Assembly: GCF_006345805.1 (NCBI RefSeq)
Contig: NC_043003.1
Location: 53,258,001 to 53,322,000, forward strand
Reading direction: 5' to 3'
Length of the DNA stretch: 64,000 nucleotides
Source of the DNA: Octopus sinensis
Taxonomy: Eukaryota
Shown here: piece after piece, positions 40,307 to 52,683 of the stretch
Layout of the letters: each line of letters starts with the position of its first letter
Position numbering within the stretch: position 1 is the stretch's first letter
The notes under the pieces: generated by a model
What the model was told of the DNA's origin: nothing
The model's database searches: none
Seen by the model: the letters and a program-made list of their open reading frames with translations, nothing else
Position numbers and translations under genes: made by a program

Positions 40307-40809
40307 ATATATTACTCTACCTTTGGTATTCGAGTACTATTTTCTCCAGCTTGCTTTGCACTTATGTGCTCAGCTTTGCGTGTGAGAGTGTGTAATACTT
40401 GCATGTATGTGTACATACATACACACACAAACACAAGATAACACACACACACACATAATGTGTTTCTTTCAGTGTCCATCTACCAAAGTCAACTCACAAA
40501 GCTTTTGTCACACTGGGACACTGGTAAAAGACATTTACCCATAGTGCCACACACCTGATACTGAACCTGAAACCATGTGGTTGCGAAGAAAACTTCTTTC
40601 AACAGAGCCACAGCCACGCCCACAAGCGTATTACTGAAAATAAACAAAGCACTACACACCTACAGCAAAATAATAAAGTACATTCTAGAATTGATTTTCT
40701 GATAGGTGCAACGAAGTTGCAGTTTTTCCACGTATTTTTATGAGAAGTTATCAAAAACTCTCATATGCACAATCACCCGAGATGTAAAAAAAAATGTATT
40801 TATAGATAC

Positions 40810-40974
40810 CTGTTGACAATTTTTGACTTTGACACAAAATTCTCGAAACACTTCAAGAAATTCTGCCAAATTAAATGTTCTCTCATTTTCACAGAAGTGT
40901 CTTGCAACATACCGCGAACATTTATCCAGACGTTCAATAGATTTTTCCACTTCTTCTAAGTCACATTCAGCATC
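40810..40974 (-). CDS. INF2: INF2-like formin exon (end of FH2)
   Basis: cag|DAECDLEEVEKSIERLDKCSRYVARHFCENERTFNLAEFLEVFREFCVKVKNCQQ|gtatct, 165 nt; FCE and FxxF motifs. Confidence 0.93.
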
Positions 40975-41083
40975 CTGCCAAACAGAAACAAAAGACATAA
41001 ATATAACATTATTACACCTAACTAATTAATATATTATGAGGGCATGTGTTAATGAAACATTTTTCATAAATTTCAGATTACCA

Positions 41084-41114
<31 letters not shown>

Positions 41115-41116
<2 letters not shown>

Positions 41117-41538
41117 TTATGAGAGATAATGGTATCAGTGAGACCCAAAGGTGTCAGGTAATGCTGAATAAGTGCTATGGATAGTCCATAGCTAAGTTCC
41201 AGATTCGGTGATTATGCGAATAAGGGGTCCAACGTTGGTCATATATCAATGTGTGTATATAAAAATTTTTGTCCGTAATGAGATAAAAAAAACAAGGCTG
41301 TGTAGATTATAGAACATTTATAAATAGGTCTTACAGCTGTTTCTAGGATATTTATTATATCCCTTCATTGGAGATCTCTATTTCGTATCTTATCTAAATT
41401 AACTATTGCTTAACCATCTTCTCCCACCGTCTCTGATGAAAGGATATAATAAATATCCTAGAGACAGCTGTAATACCTATTTATAAATGTTCTAAAATCT
41501 ACACAGCCTTTGTTTTTTTTATCTCATTACGGAAAAAT

Positions 41539-41542
<4 letters not shown>
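41115..41542. mobile_element. Penelope-like element in (TA)n with internal foldback; same family as 28537-28796
   Basis: Arms about 41263-41376 and 41429-41540. Its gagacccaaaggtgtcagg resembles aagacccaaggtggcagg near 28556, and the ribozyme and tail match the 28537-28796 copy. (TA)n on both sides. Confidence 0.75.
41429..41476 (+). ncRNA. Degenerate hammerhead motif, same family as 28677 (right arm of foldback)
   Basis: GUCU CUGAUGA aAGGAUAU..AUAUCCUa GAGA CAGCUG UA AUAC. The partner at 41328-41375 (-) reads CCAAUGA...GAAA CAGCUG UA AGAC. Confidence 0.7.
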
Positions 41543-41588
<46 letters not shown>

Positions 41589-41591
<3 letters not shown>

Positions 41592-41817
41592 TTACTATTA
41601 TGCAAAACGTTCCATCTCCAGAAAGCGAAAAAATAATTTCATCATTCCATTGCAAAACTGTTGTACTACACTTTGACAATTTTTGACAAATTGGCATCTG
41701 AATCAGCTGGAGATGCGATAGTTTGACCAAAATAACCGGCTATTGCAAGCAAACATAAATAGGGAAAAAAACGCATTTGGCCAAATTTAAACATACGACA
41801 GTTTAACATAATAGCAG

Positions 41818-41820
<3 letters not shown>
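41589..41820. mobile_element. MITE inserted in (TA)n
   Basis: tcgttactattatgcaaaac is inverted as gtttaacataatagcagcga; (TA)n on both sides. Confidence 0.6.
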
Positions 41821-41864
<44 letters not shown>

Positions 41865-42067
41865 ACAAGATAAGAGATTTCTATCGGTTTGTTTCGAGAC
41901 GCATAAATTATAATGGTTATCGACAATTTTTGGTTTCAGCATATTTGGCATTAGAATTTTTCTTCTGCCCTTATCTTGTAAATTATGTATAAATTTTACC
42001 TTTAAAGGCATTTTTTGATATGCTGGCCATTGATATTTTTTTTTCCCGAAAAAAATTTTACCCTATA

Positions 42068-42146
<79 letters not shown>

Positions 42147-42994
42147 CATACCTCAGTTCGCTAGCTTTAAGTGTAAATAATCATCAACACAGGTTAGTTA
42201 GTGGAATGTCATGCCCAATCAATGTTAAACTTCTGATGGCCAATAGTCAGTGTTCTTAATTCCACGGATTAGGATGCTCGACAAACATCGTAGGTGTGTA
42301 CAATGCAATGAAGTTTGTATATATGTATTATGTATAAGGTCTAAGATGTGAAACATGTAAGGGAGATAACTCTGATCTCATAATATACTTTTGGTGAATC
42401 TTGATATTCATAATCAACGTCACTATATTTCCTTCCAGCTCTCTCTCTCTCTCACTGTATATATGTATGTGCGTGTGTGTGTGTGTGTGTGTCGTGCTGT
42501 TGCCACATAAAAAGCACCCAGTCTACACTGTAAAGTGGTTGGTGTTAGGAAGCACATCCAGCCCATAAAAACCATGCCAAAACAGACAGTGTAGCCTGGT
42601 GCACTCCTCTGACTTGTCACCTCTGTGAAACTGTTCAACACATGCCAGTATGGAAGACAGACGTTAAATAATGATGATGGTGATGTATATATACACACAC
42701 ACACACACACACTGATCATTTGTAAGTTTTGTCAGTTGATAGAATAAGATTCACTGAAAATGTCTAATAAGACTGAAACATGTCAGATACTTTCTGTAGT
42801 TGGCTTTAAAGACCAGATCCAATCTCATCTGTATCAACTTCCTTTTCCCAAAATTTCAATTATCTGATATTATAAGATTTCAGAATGGATTAAAGGATCT
42901 ATACATAATGATATCTACACATAATGATATCTATCTGTAATGTTAGCCTTCAATTAACTGAACAGTATTGTCTAGCTTACTCATATCTTTGTAT

Positions 42995-43330
42995 TATCTG
43001 GACTGGCTCCTGTGCAGGTGGCCTGTAAAAAACACCACTTGAGCATGGCCATTGCCATTGCCACTGGACTGACTCCTGTGCGATAGCACATAAAAAAACA
43101 CCAGTTGAGTGTGACCTTGCCAGTAACGCCTGACTGACCCTCATGCCAGTGGCACGTAAAAGCACCTACTGCACTCTCGGAGTGGTTGGCATTAGGAAGG
43201 GCATCCAGCTGTAGAAACTCTGCCAGATCAGATTGGAGCCTGGTGCAGCCATTTGGTTCACCAGTCCTCAGTCAAATCGTCCAACCTATGCTAGTATGGA
43301 AAGCAGACATTAAACGATGATGATGATGAA
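42995..43330 (+). mobile_element. SINE/LINE 3'-end family D with (GAT)n tail and internal tandem units
   Basis: gtggcacgtaaaagcacc...ttaggaagggcatccagc...ttaaacgatgatgatgatga; second copy at 42495-42685. Confidence 0.75.
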
Positions 43331-43745
43331 TACTCATGTGTTTATTTATATGGATAAGATGATTGAGAGAATGAATGAGAATATAAATATTACACTACAG
43401 AGCATTTGTCTAGTGACCTAAGCTGTTATAAAGATTTTGTGTAACCAATGATCATTCTGGCTACATTTTTCAGTTCTCTGGTTATTTTTTATGTTATATG
43501 TATTATGTTTGAGGAAGCAGCTTCAAGTGGAAAAATAACATGATTACTTTTATACTTTAAGCTGCTATCTTACAAATCTTCTGAATCATTTATCAATACA
43601 TAACCTTGTTAACCATCAAGCAATACATGGTACCTTCTGAAAAATCATCTCCATATTAAGTAATGCAAGATGTTGCAAAGATTTCAACATACAGATTAAT
43701 ATCAGGAATTCCTTAATCTTAACTTGTTTGACCTTTTCCACTCAC

Positions 43746-43866
43746 CTCCACAAAGTCTTCAAACTGCTGTGATATTTCAGCTTCAGCTTTATTGAGCTGA
43801 TTTCGGACACGTATCACATTATTCTTTAACTGTTTAAATTCTGACTTGATATTTTCTAAATTGAAT
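43746..43866 (-). CDS. INF2: INF2-like formin exon (FH2 coiled region)
   Basis: ttttag|A+FNLENIKSEFKQLKNNVIRVRNQLNKAEAEISQQFEDFVE|gtgagt, 121 nt, phase 2 to 0. Confidence 0.9.
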
Positions 43867-44590
43867 CTAAAACAAAATGAAATAGTTTACTGAATCAAAT
43901 TTGTCTTCTTCATAGCAAGAATAAGAATGGCAGTTTCATTAAAATACTTTTTTTTTTAATATTATTTTGAATTTCATAACCATTAACATTTTCTGTTAAA
44001 GTTTTTATGGTTGAGTCACTGGTTCACTATATTTATGATGACGAGAGACAAGGGAGTCTATTTGCAATTTAGATGGAACAAATACTATACAAGGAGTTGT
44101 TAGACATTTGTGACTCTGACTGCCCATTAATTTAGTTCTTACTCTCCTACAGTACCTTGGAAATTGTGTGAAGTAGGGGTCAGTCATAGATTTGATTAGC
44201 TGCAACACTGAAGGCACTCTGGGAGCCTCTTCATTGTCACTCAACCTGATAGATATAGCAGCTGAATTTTTCCCCAAATCACACCCTGCCATCTTCAAAA
44301 TATAGAATAGTACATTGAACATTTTGACATGAACAAAAATCACATTCGTCACACTGGGAAAACATATATTGATTAGTAATCACATTGGATACCACCAAAT
44401 GGAACTTTTATGCTACAGAAGATTGAGATAGGCAGAAGATGAAAATCAAGCAAACTTGGAAAATAACTGACCTAGGTCAAACGGGTGCTGGTAATGAATG
44501 AACATAGACTAAGCATAGCAAAAATTAATTTGTCAATCATAATTTAGTATTATTTTGTGGGTTGATTAACATTAGTTTTTGTTTACTTAC

Positions 44591-44772
44591 CTAGTAGACT
44601 TTTGTAGTGGTTCTAAGAGATCATCAACAAATCTCAAAGTAGTTTTGTCCTCCTTTTCACATTCTTCAACGATATAATGCAGCAGAGAAATGCGAGCCAC
44701 ATTAGACCGTGTCATAACCAATTTGTTCAATGAACTAATACGGAAACCAACTGCATTACCGGAAGTTGTCCC
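44591..44772 (-). CDS. INF2: INF2-like formin exon (FH2 post)
   Basis: catag|GTTSGNAVGFRISSLNKLVMTRSNVARISLLHYIVEECEKEDKTTLRFVDDLLEPLQKST+AG|gtaagt, 182 nt; AVGF and SLLHY motifs. Confidence 0.95.
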
Positions 44773-46087
44773 CTATGAAAACCAAAACCAAACAAACCCT
44801 TTAGTTGCAGTTATAAGATTAGTTTCTGATTAAGGCACAAGACCAGCAATTTTAAGAGGAGGGGCAAATTAATAGCATCAAGTATCCAGTACTTGACTGG
44901 TATTTATTTTTAGCAACTAAGAAAGGATGAAACACAAAGTCGACCTTGGCAGAAGTTGAGTTTAGATAATGTAAAGAGCCATAACAAATACTGCAAAACA
45001 TGTTTTCCAATGCACAAACGATTCTGTCTGTTCACCATCTTTGTTGCAGTTATAAGATTAAAATGAGCAAACTCTATCTTTGCAAAATTTACTTTTGCAT
45101 AAAGAAAGATTATTATATATAACATATAGTTGTTACATGAGAAATGTGTTGTTCAAAGAACAGTGCATTTATTATCATCGGTGTAGCAAATAACACTCGA
45201 GTTTGACATGCTGGTGCAGTTGTGGACTCAGTGGACAAGGTTGTTTGGTGCTGTTGATATCTGAGCAGGAGGACAGAGATTTGGGTCTCTGGTCCTCCCT
45301 GTCCTGCTCTGCATTTGCAAGACTTGGACCCTGACCAGGGCCCTTAGGAGCCACCTGAACTCCTTTGGTACCACAACACTTCGCAGGATTATAGGATTAC
45401 TGGGGTTTTTCATATCCAACCAACAGTTATACTCAGAGACTGGGATGCATCATGTTATTACTTATGATTTGGGAGCATCAGCTCAGAATGTTTGGTCTTA
45501 TTGCTCGATTTTCTGTGTTGCACCCTATGTATTATGTTCTCTTCATTGAAGATCTGGCTGGGGTGATGGTTTGTGTTAGTTGACCACATGCCATAAGGTC
45601 ACTGCAGATGAGAAAGTACCTTGCAGAGATGGGGTCTGACTGGAACACTGCTTGGAAGGCTGCTTGGGATAAACTGAACAAATACTGATAAAGGGTGGAA
45701 GCAGTGATGCACACATCCCCATACCTGGCCTAACAAATATGACCATCATATTGATAGTTATCGATTCCAGCTTTGCATTGATTAAAAAGACCTTTGATCA
45801 AAACTATTTCAGCCATGGTTATTCAGTTTTGTTTCTTTGTTTTTAGTTTGTTTGTTTTTATATTCAGAGCTACTTTGTCCAGTGTGTCCTTCCTATTTAT
45901 CTCTTTCGTGATTATTTGTGCTGGCACAGCTGTGTGATCAAGGAGCTTGCCTTGCAACCATATGGGTTTTGAATTCAGTCCCACTACATGGCACTTTGAG
46001 CAAGTGTCTTCTACTATAACCCTGAACTTCACCTGTAGAATTAAACATAAAAACAACATAGTTGTGATGTTAATTTAATCCATGTCC

Positions 46088-46254
46088 ACAGGAGTGGCTG
46101 TGTGGTAAGTAGCTTGCTTCCCAACCACATGGTTCCAGGTTCAGTCCCACTGCCTGGCATCTTGGGCAAGTGTCTTCTACTATAGCCTCAGGCCAACCAA
46201 AGCCTTGTGAGTGGATTTGGTAGACAGAAACTGAAATAATCCTGTCGTATATAC

Positions 46255-46302
<48 letters not shown>

Positions 46303-46520
46303 ATATGTTTGTGTATCTGTGTTTGTCCCCCCAACATCGCTTGACAACTGATGCTGGTGTGTTTACATCTCCGTAACTTAGCGGTTCAGTAAAAGAGACC
46401 AACAGAATAAGTACTAGGCTTACAAAGAATAAGTCCTTGGGATCGATGTGCTTGACTAAAGGCAGTGCTCCAGCATGACAGCAGTCAAATGACTGAAACA
46501 AGTAAAAGAGTAAAAGAGAG
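46088..46520 (+). mobile_element. tRNA-derived SINE family A (representative full copy)
   Basis: Head ggagtggctgtgtggtaag...ggttcagtccc (A/B boxes), internal microsatellite, tail gactgaaacaagtaaaagag. Other copies near 172-330(+), 7012-7372(+), 8745-9110(+), 9975-10250(+), 17808-18215(-), 35870-36030(-), 40440-40620(-), 45925-46025(+), 48990-49390(-), 49435-49830(-), 52178-52330(+). Confidence 0.9.
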
Positions 46521-46672
46521 ATTTCTACTTTGTGTAGGTAGTCTAAAATAGGTTAGAGATTTCACTGTTATTTCTAGCATCTCAAGTGTCAACATAGTAT
46601 GTCCCTAGTTACAAGCATAACAATACTTTGAATTAATGGAAAATTAAAATCAAACATCAACAACAACAATAC

Positions 46673-46930
46673 CTTGTTAAGAAAATTCCCAGCCTGGAGG
46701 ACATAACGAAGAAATTTCTTCAATGCGACATTATTTGTAAGTTTTGTACAAATCTGAAGAAGCAGCTGAATATTTGGACGTATCAAAGCTAATTGAGAAC
46801 TGAAATCACCAACCAAAAGCATAGCTTCAAGGCGACACCGAAAATCAGGAAGCTGTATCAAAAGTTGGAAGAATTTCTCGGCATTTCCAAGTTTGTCGAC
46901 ATTACCATCAAAATTTGAAATTAAATCAAT
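46673..46930 (-). CDS. INF2: INF2-like formin exon (FH2)
   Basis: cag|IDLISNFDGNVDKLGNAEKFFQLLIQLPDFRCRLEAM...VLQAGNFLNK|gtattg, 258 nt; GNFLN motif. Confidence 0.95.
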
Positions 46931-47368
46931 CTGGAAGAGACAAGAATCGATTAAATTAGAATAATCAAACCAAAATGTAATACAGAAAAAGTTTTAGTTG
47001 AATTATATTTGTAGTATCTGAAGATTAAATAAAGAATTTGATAAAGAAAGAATTTTTTTAATATAAAGTATAATAACAGTGGACTAATGATTCTAGAGAA
47101 TGGTGCTTACTAATAGATCTCTTAGCTTTCTGTTGTGTTTTTTGGACAAGTCAGGAATATATATTTTGAATGCATGAGAAGAGTGCCACAGACTTGCCAA
47201 AGAAGGCAGTTTTCTTTACTGAAAATGTTGTGACATATTACAATGGACTCTGATCATAATTCCTTTTCAAATATAATGTTACACACTTATCCTGTCACCA
47301 ACCCTTATCTGTTTTCCAAGCAAGGTAATATTTCCCCCATTGCCACTCTAGTTATAATAAATCCTCAC

Positions 47369-47533
47369 CTCATCCGGTTGTGGGAGCAACTTAATTAAAC
47401 CTTTCAACTTCTCCACACCAAAGGTCCTAGAGTCAGCTTTTCTAATTAGATCCACAATTTCTTTGTTACTGCGACGAAATTGCTTCAGGAAAATATTCAA
47501 GTTCATACTCTTTTTGGGATCAATTAGGGTTAT
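47369..47533 (-). CDS. INF2: INF2-like formin exon (FH2)
   Basis: cag|ITLIDPKKSMNLNIFLKQFRRSNKEIVDLIRKADSRTFGVEKLKGLIKLLPQPDE|gtgagg, 165 nt; the NLNIFLKQF motif is typical of INF-class FH2. Confidence 0.95.
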
Positions 47534-47629
47534 CTGTAAAAACATTAAATCAAAACATTATAATGAATGACAAAAAAAAATGAATGTGGTAAAAGCTAGT
47601 CTGGCTTTGATATGTAGGAAGATGTAGGT

Positions 47630-48850
47630 TTTTTTTTTCTTTTAATGGTTTCCATTTACCATTTTCTGTATGCTCTAAGTGTTTTATTACTTTGATGTGA
47701 CCATCTCTTACTGTTTAATGTTTCTTATATTTTTATTGCCCACAAGGGGTCAATCATAGAGGAGACAAACAAGGACAGACAAAAGGATTAAGTTGATTAC
47801 ATCGACCCTAGTACATAACTGGTACTTAATTTATCAACCCCGAAAGGATGAAAGGCAAAGTCGACCTCAGCGGAATTTGAACTCAGACGAAACAACAGAC
47901 AAAATACCTTTTTCTTTACTACCCACAAGGGGCTAAACACAGAGAGGACAATCAAGGACAGACAAACGGATTAAGTTGATTATATCGACCTCAGTGTGTT
48001 AATGGTACTTAATTTATCGACCCCGAAAGGATGAAAGGCAAAGTTGACCTTGGCAGAATTTGAATTCAGAACGTAAAGGCAGACGAAATATGGCTACGCA
48101 TTTCGCCATTTGTGCTAACGTTTCTGCCAGCTCACCACCTTACACTTTTGATGTTTCTGTCTACTTTTTCTGAAAAATTTCACTATAATTTTCAAATGTC
48201 TTTTCATTTTTTCAATTATTATGATGATATTTGAGATTTTTCTTTGTTTCTTTGAGTTGAGTCCAAGCCTCATCCAGAGATCTCAAGAGACAGCAAGTTA
48301 TAAGTTCAAGTGAGCATTATGACCAAGATGGTTCAAAAGCCATTCATTCTGCCAACTTCAACTTATAACTTGTAATCTCTTGAGGTCTCTCTGGGTGAGA
48401 CTTGGACTCAACTTGTATAAACACAGAGCAAAATCCAAGCATAATTATAAATATTCTTTTCTACTCTAGGAACAAGACCCGAAATTTGGGGGGAGGGGGC
48501 CAGTCAATTAGATCAACACCCCAGTATGCAACTGGTACTTAATTTATCAAACCCAAAAGGATGAAAGGCAAAGTCAACCTCAGCAGAATTTGAACTCAGA
48601 ACATAAAGACAGACGAAATACTGCTAAGCATTTCGCCTGGCATGCTAACATTTCTGCTAGCTCACCACCTTCATAATTATAAATATTGAAAACAAGAAGA
48701 GAGATTTGGAAATCATAGTAAGATTTTTCAGTAATTGTTGATGGAAACATTAAAAGTGTAAGAAATGGTCACAGAAAACAAAAATATTTTTAAAAGCGTC
48801 TAAAATATACAGAAAATAGTAGATGGAGGACATTTAAAAAAATAAACTGA
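47630..48850. repeat. Long degenerate foldback element interrupted by SINE insertions
   Basis: Core agttgagtccaagcctca...aagttataagtt / aacttataactt...tgagacttggactcaact centred near 48335; the arms continue past SINEs at 47730-48140 and 48456-48672. Confidence 0.75.
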
Positions 48851-49919
48851 TTGTTAATTGTAATGAGAATATTTAATGGCTTTCAAGAGTTTTTCAGTCC
48901 TCCTATTCCAAGAATTCATTGATCCTTCTGTGTTTTTTAGCGCTATGCATCTATACATGATGCCTTCTTAAGACAAATACCACTGTATTCTTTTAATCTT
49001 TTATTTGTTTCAGTCATTTGACTGAGGCCATACCAGAGCACTGCCTTTGGTTGAACAATCTGACTCCAAGACTTATTCTTTATAAGCTTAGTATTTATTC
49101 TATTGGTTTCTTTTGCTGAATCGCTAAGTTACGGGGATGTAAACACACCAACATCGGTTGTAAGCGATGGTGGGAGGACAGACACAGACACACAAACATA
49201 TGCATACATACACACACACACACATATATATACTATGGGCTTCTTTCAGTTTCCATCTACCAAATTCACTCACAAAACTTTGGTCAGCCTGAGACTACAG
49301 TAGAAGACACTTGCCTAAGATGCCATGTGGTGGGACTGAACTCGAAACCATGTGGTTGAGAAGCAAGCTTCTTACCACACAGCCACACCTGTTAAGTAAG
49401 GTATACAGATTGCTTTTCAGTAAATACTGTTTTATACTCTTTTACTTGTTTCAGTCATGTGGTTGTGGCCATGCTGGAGCACCACCTTTAGTTGAGCAAG
49501 TCGACCCCAGGACTTATTCTTTGTAAGCCTAGTACTTATTCTATCGGTCTCTTTTGCTGAACCGCTAAGTTACGGGGACATAAACACACCAGTATCAGTT
49601 GTCAAGCAATGTTGGAGGTACAAACACAGACACACAAACATATACACACACATAGATATATATATACATATATACAACAGGCTTCTTTCAGTTTCTGTCT
49701 ACCAAATCCACTCACAAGGCTTTGGTCGGCCTGAGGCTATAGTAGAAGACACTTGCCCAAGATGTCAGGCTGTGGGACTGAACCCGGAACCATGTGGTTC
49801 GTAAGCAAGCCACACAGCCACTCCTGTGCCTATAAATGTTTACATTTAGAAAAATTCCAACCCTGTTCTAGGATTTAAAAAAAACATACACAAATGTAAA
49901 TCTATAATATAATATTTAC

Positions 49920-50065
49920 CTCTGATGTGACACTGCTGCGAATAGGACTTTTCTCCTTTTGTTGAGCCTGGGATCCTTCCTTTTGAGCAAATAACTCTTG
50001 TAAATACTGATATTTCATGTTCACAGGGTCATTCAGTCTTAAAACATCATTCCATACACTGGTGT
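49920..50065 (-). CDS. INF2: INF2-like formin exon (FH2 lasso)
   Basis: tttacag|AC+TSVWNDVLRLNDPVNMKYQYLQELFAQKEGSQAQQKEKSPIRSSVTSE|gtaaat, 146 nt; conserved W and LxELF motifs. Confidence 0.9.
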
Positions 50066-51226
50066 CTGTAAAGAATAAAGAAAATTTATCATAGCAGAAA
50101 GAAATGACAACACACCAGTTCTCATTGTCTTTCTCTCGCTCTCACACACATTTTCCTGTTATCTCCCTCCCTCCCTCCCTCTCTCTAAATATTTCTCAGT
50201 CTGAAAGGGTTATCATCTTTCCTATTAGCATTACCTTGCATAAATATGTTATATTTTTGCTACAGAGTCACAAGATATTCTTTATATATGAATATCTTAC
50301 TGTTATTAATCATTTTCTAGATTATTCTCCATGCACATTTGTTTCTTTCATTATATCATTTTTCCTGTTCCCTTCACAACTCATTTTACCTACTGCTTGA
50401 TCTAGGGTTCTCATATTTTCTTGTTATTGTATACTAATACAAGGCATAGAACCTTTTGCTCTAAAAGCAGTACTCAAGTATGGGCTTCAGCTGTGATATA
50501 ATAATAATGAAATTATCATGCATAGTGCTCAGGTGCACTACAACTCATCAAAGGTGCACAGTACATAGAATTATGTACAAAAGTCAGGAAAGTGAACAGT
50601 GTATGAGTCATGATGTTACAACACACTAAAGAAATGAAAATCAAGATAGTGTTAATGATACAATAAAAGTGAACAAAACCTTAATAACACAATGATGATG
50701 ATGACTAGTTCTTCTGACCAGAGCAATCTAGAACAGATCACAATGCCATTATCTGAACAGCTATTGACTCCATAAGGAAGACTCCTTGCAGTCACTTGAC
50801 CTTGTAGAAATAGCAGCTATATCTCTCTCAAATGTATTAGAAGAGAATGTTGCATTAGTTTCAAATCTTGACGCAAGGCCAGAAATTTGGGATTGAGCAG
50901 TTAAGTTGGTTACATCGACCCCAGTACTCAACTGGTACATATTTTATCGACCCTGGAAGGGTGAAATGCAAAGTCGACTTCAGCAGGATTTGAACTCAGA
51001 GTGTAAAGTTGGACCAAATGCTGCTAAGCATTTTGCCTGGTGAGCTAATGATTCTGCCAGCTTGCTGCCTTTGAAAAGAAAGACATTTGAAAAGCGAAAA
51101 GATAGAAGAGAGAGAGAAAAAACACGTCCACTCTCTTAAACGTCCGTGCAGGAAAAGAATGATGATTATTTATTATCTATTAAATGTTTTACAGGATACA
51201 TTTCAGTTATAAAATAAAGTGTTTAC

Positions 51227-52107
51227 CTGAAATATTTGTTGGTATAACTTTATTCCAAGAAAATGGTCGCAGTTTACAATCTGGTTCAGGAATTGCTATT
51301 TCAGGGAAAATTTGCTGTGGAGAATGAAGGATAGCTTGTCCAGGGTTAAAGCCACCGGGTGCCGGTGGTGGTGGTGGTGGTGGGGGTGGTGACATTGGAG
51401 GAGCAGCTACTGAAATTTTGATATCTGGCCTGACAAGGGCGTTTTGCAAATTTGCAATTCCTATTTTCAGACCTGGTGGTGGAGGCGGTGGTGGTGGCGC
51501 TGTAGGTGGTGGTGGGGGTATTGCTGGTGAACCCATTCCTCTCATTGGTGGTGGTGGGGGTACTGATGATGATGGTGGTAGTGGTGGTGGTGGTGGTGGG
51601 GGTACAGATGATGATGGTGGTAGTGGTGGTGGTGGAGGTACTGATGATGATGGTGGTAGTGGTGGTGGTGGTGGAGGTACTGATGATGATGGTGGTAGTG
51701 GTGGTGGTGGGGGTATTACTGAAGTTGTCAGTCTCAGTGACGGTGGTAATGGCGGTGGTGGCGGCGGCGGTGGTGGCGGCATGACTGGTCTGTCTTTACT
51801 CCCTTTTGTCAGAGTCGACGGTAAAGGGGTTTGAGATGGAGATTTATTTGGATCTGTAATCAGTGGAGATTTCTGTTCGGTGTTTTCACTGATTTGGTTG
51901 TCTCCCGCCCGATTTGTGGAGTTGTCACTAAATTCAGTTTGTACACCTTTTTCCTCTGAATGTGTTGTCATTGCAGATATCAATGATGAAGCAGTTGTCA
52001 CTACGGAAATTGAACTGGAACGACGACTCGAGCAGAAACTGCTGGAGCTAGAACCCTCAGATGATATAAACCGTACTTCTCTTTCCAACATATTCCAAAT
52101 GTTTTCA
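51227..52107 (-). CDS. INF2: INF2-like formin exon: Ser-rich linker, poly-proline FH1 and start of FH2
   Basis: ttctag|T+ENIWNMLEREVR...(PPPPPLPPSSSV)n...PDCKLRPFSWNKVIPTNIS+G|gtaaac, 881 nt, phase 2 to 1. Confidence 0.93.
51546..51716 (-). repeat. Coding tandem repeat in FH1 (about 4 units of PPPPPLPPSSSV)
   Basis: Repeated ggtggtgg(a/g)ggtac(t/a)gatgatgatggtggtagt units of about 36-42 bp. Confidence 0.9.
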
Positions 52108-52331
52108 CTAGAAAAAATAGAAAGAAAATAAGAGATATGAAAAAATCTGCAGATATTTTTCTTTTAAAAATGTTTATCAGGCATGGCTGTGTGGTTAACA
52201 AGCTCTCTTTGCAACCATGTAGTTTGGGGTTCTGTCCCACTGTACTGCTCCTTGAGCAAGTATCTTCTTCTATAGCCCTGGACCAACCAGGGTTATAGAA
52301 GTGTGTGTTTTGGTAGACAAAAACTGTATGG

Positions 52332-52562
52332 AAGGCGAGCTGGCAGAAACGTTTGCACGCCGGGCGAAATGCTTAGCGGTATTTCGTCTGCCGTTACGTT
52401 CTGAGTTCAAATTCCGCTGAGGTCGACTTTGCCTTTCATCCTTTCGGGGTCCATAAATTAAGTACCAGTTACGCACTGGGGTCGATGTAATCGACTTAAT
52501 CCTTTTGTCTGTCTTTGTTTGTCCCCTCTATGTTTAGCCCCTTGTAGGCAACAAAGAAATAT
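52332..52562 (+). mobile_element. tRNA-derived SINE family B (representative copy, nested in a family A copy)
   Basis: aaggcgagctggcagaaacg...gagttcaaattcc...gtcgactttgcctttcatcctttcgggg with TSD aaaaactgtatggaaggc. Other copies near 3260(-), 8482(+), 11100(-), 13945(+), 14105-14317(-), 33675(+), 36590-37050(+), 37760(+), 39070(-), 44820(-), 47730-48140(-), 48456-48672(-), 50860-51072(-), 55270(-), 56270-57145(+), 61880-62180(-), 63420(-). Confidence 0.9.
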
Positions 52563-52603
52563 AAAAACTGTATGGAAGGCTGCATGTGTGTGTGTATTCA
52601 TAC

Positions 52604-52683
52604 CTTTGTGACATACTTGCATTTATTTGAAATAAACTCTGGAGAATGGAAACAAAAGCAGCAGATAATGGTGTTTCTCGAAC
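52604..52683 (-). CDS. INF2: INF2-like formin exon
   Basis: ttttag|VRETPLSAAFVSILQSLFQINASMSQ+AG|gtatga, 80 nt, phase 0 to 2; joins both neighbouring exons in frame. Confidence 0.85.

Noticed and set aside
51418-51834. Gly/Asp-rich and Val/Met-rich ORFs on the + strand
   Set aside because: Antisense shadows of the poly-proline FH1 exon.
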